Source: Candidatus Latescibacterota bacterium (GTDB taxonomy: Bacteria > Latescibacterota > CBDEFO01). Taken from it: a DNA stretch of 64,000 nucleotides. The first letter of the stretch is position 1. Every line of letters starts with the position of its first letter. Below are positions 63,259 through 64,000 of the stretch, piece by piece. The stretch covers positions 288,001 to 352,000 of the forward strand of contig CBDEFO010000007.1 in NCBI GenBank assembly GCA_965237525.1. The letters are read 5' to 3'. The position numbers and the translations under genes are program-made. The notes under the pieces were generated by a model. That model ran no database searches. It was given only the letters and a program-made list of their open reading frames with translations, and was not told the DNA's origin.

Positions 63259-64000
63259 ATGCCCAATATACTGCTGGTCTATCCAGAAAACCCTATTACG
63301 TTTTGGAGCTTTTCTGAATCTTTGAAGCTGCTGGGGAAAAAAGCGGCTCAGCCCCCGTTAGGATTATTGGGGGTGGCTGCGCTGCTGCCCGAAGGGTATA
63401 ATCCAAGACTGATCGATATGAATGTTGAACCGCTCACGGACGAAGCGATTGAAGGAGCGGACGCGGTTTTATGTTCTTCGATGATAATTCATCAAGAGTC
63501 TGTAAGGGAAATAATTGACAGGTGTAATCGTCTGGAAACTCCTATCATGTTGGGTGGACCGTATCCGACCCAGTACCACGATTTGATAGAGGGCAACGCT
63601 ACTTTTTTCTTAGGCGAGGCGGAAAATGGGTTTGCCGATGCCCTGGAGGAGATGTTGTACTCACCTGGGGAGATCAAAAGGAGCGTAATAGATACGAAAG
63701 GCCAGTTCCGAAGTTTAGAGGAGGTTCCACTCCCGAGGTACGATCTACTTGATTTATCCGATTATGTTGGAATGATTATTCAACTTACCCGCGGCTGTCC
63801 TGAAAAATGTACTTTTTGCGACATCCCGGGACTCTATGGAAGGACGACCCGACTGAAGACAGAGGAGTTGGTTATCCGAGAAATGGACTACCTTTATGAG
63901 TTGGGATGGCGTGGATCTGTTATGTTTGCCGACGATAATTTCGTGGGTAATCAGGAGGAAGTTTTGATGAAGTTAGAAAAAATCATCCCCTGGCAAAAAG
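63259..64000 (+). CDS. Edge-truncated B12-binding-domain radical SAM protein (HpnP/DUF4070-like)
   Basis: Manual translation (absent from the ORF track): MPNILLVYPENPITFWSF...QPPLGLLGVAALLP...IDMNV...GGPYPT...GEAE...PRYDLL...RGCPEKCTFCDI...FADDNFVGN. Confidence 0.88.
   Translation, partial: MPNILLVYPENPITFWSFSESLKLLGKKAAQPPLGLLGVAALLPEGYNPRLIDMNVEPLTDEAIEGADAVLCSSMIIHQESVREIIDRCNRLETPIMLGGPYPTQYHDLIEGNATFFLGEAENGFADALEEMLYSPGEIKRSVIDTKGQFRSLEEVPLPRYDLLDLSDYVGMIIQLTRGCPEKCTFCDIPGLYGRTTRLKTEELVIREMDYLYELGWRGSVMFADDNFVGNQEEVLMKLEKIIPWQK

Overview
64 kb from a diderm bacterium. The gene order (lytR_C-rsfS, mreD-mrdA-rodA-lgt, topA-xerC-hslVU, yicC-gmk-rpoZ-coaBC-udg-dnaB) suggests an FCB-related or candidate phylum; that is an inference. 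Four zones. (1) 1-7.9 kb, minus strand: a coxD/E/M/S/L-xdhC-type molybdenum hydroxylase operon with non-CODH active-site motifs and a frameshifted coxE, followed by an edge-truncated PD-(D/E)xK-like ORF. (2) 8.4-46.8 kb, plus strand: housekeeping and envelope genes, including an exact 1150-bp-period triplication of a Gfo/Idh/MocA-like gene. The intergenic spaces, and some coding sequence, carry several short repeat families: GTAGAC-bounded REP-like elements, a self-nesting 21-bp palindrome and an 18-bp intragenic motif. (3) 47.4-59.7 kb, minus strand: a tetraether-synthase (Tes/GDGT-MAS)-like radical SAM gene (frameshifted), a truncated TetR gene, a PlsR/PlsA (Ger)-like reductase pair and five small accessory genes. 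(4) 56-64 kb: three IS1182-family copies with CTAA target duplications, and an edge-truncated B12-binding radical SAM gene that is divergent from the Tes-like gene once the ISs are removed. The best candidate for an undescribed system is zones 3-4, a putative bacterial membrane-spanning ether-lipid (brGDGT-like) biosynthesis locus. It includes a strong promoter followed by about 100 nt that are complementary to the plsR-like mRNA. No rRNA, tRNA or CRISPR array was recognised.
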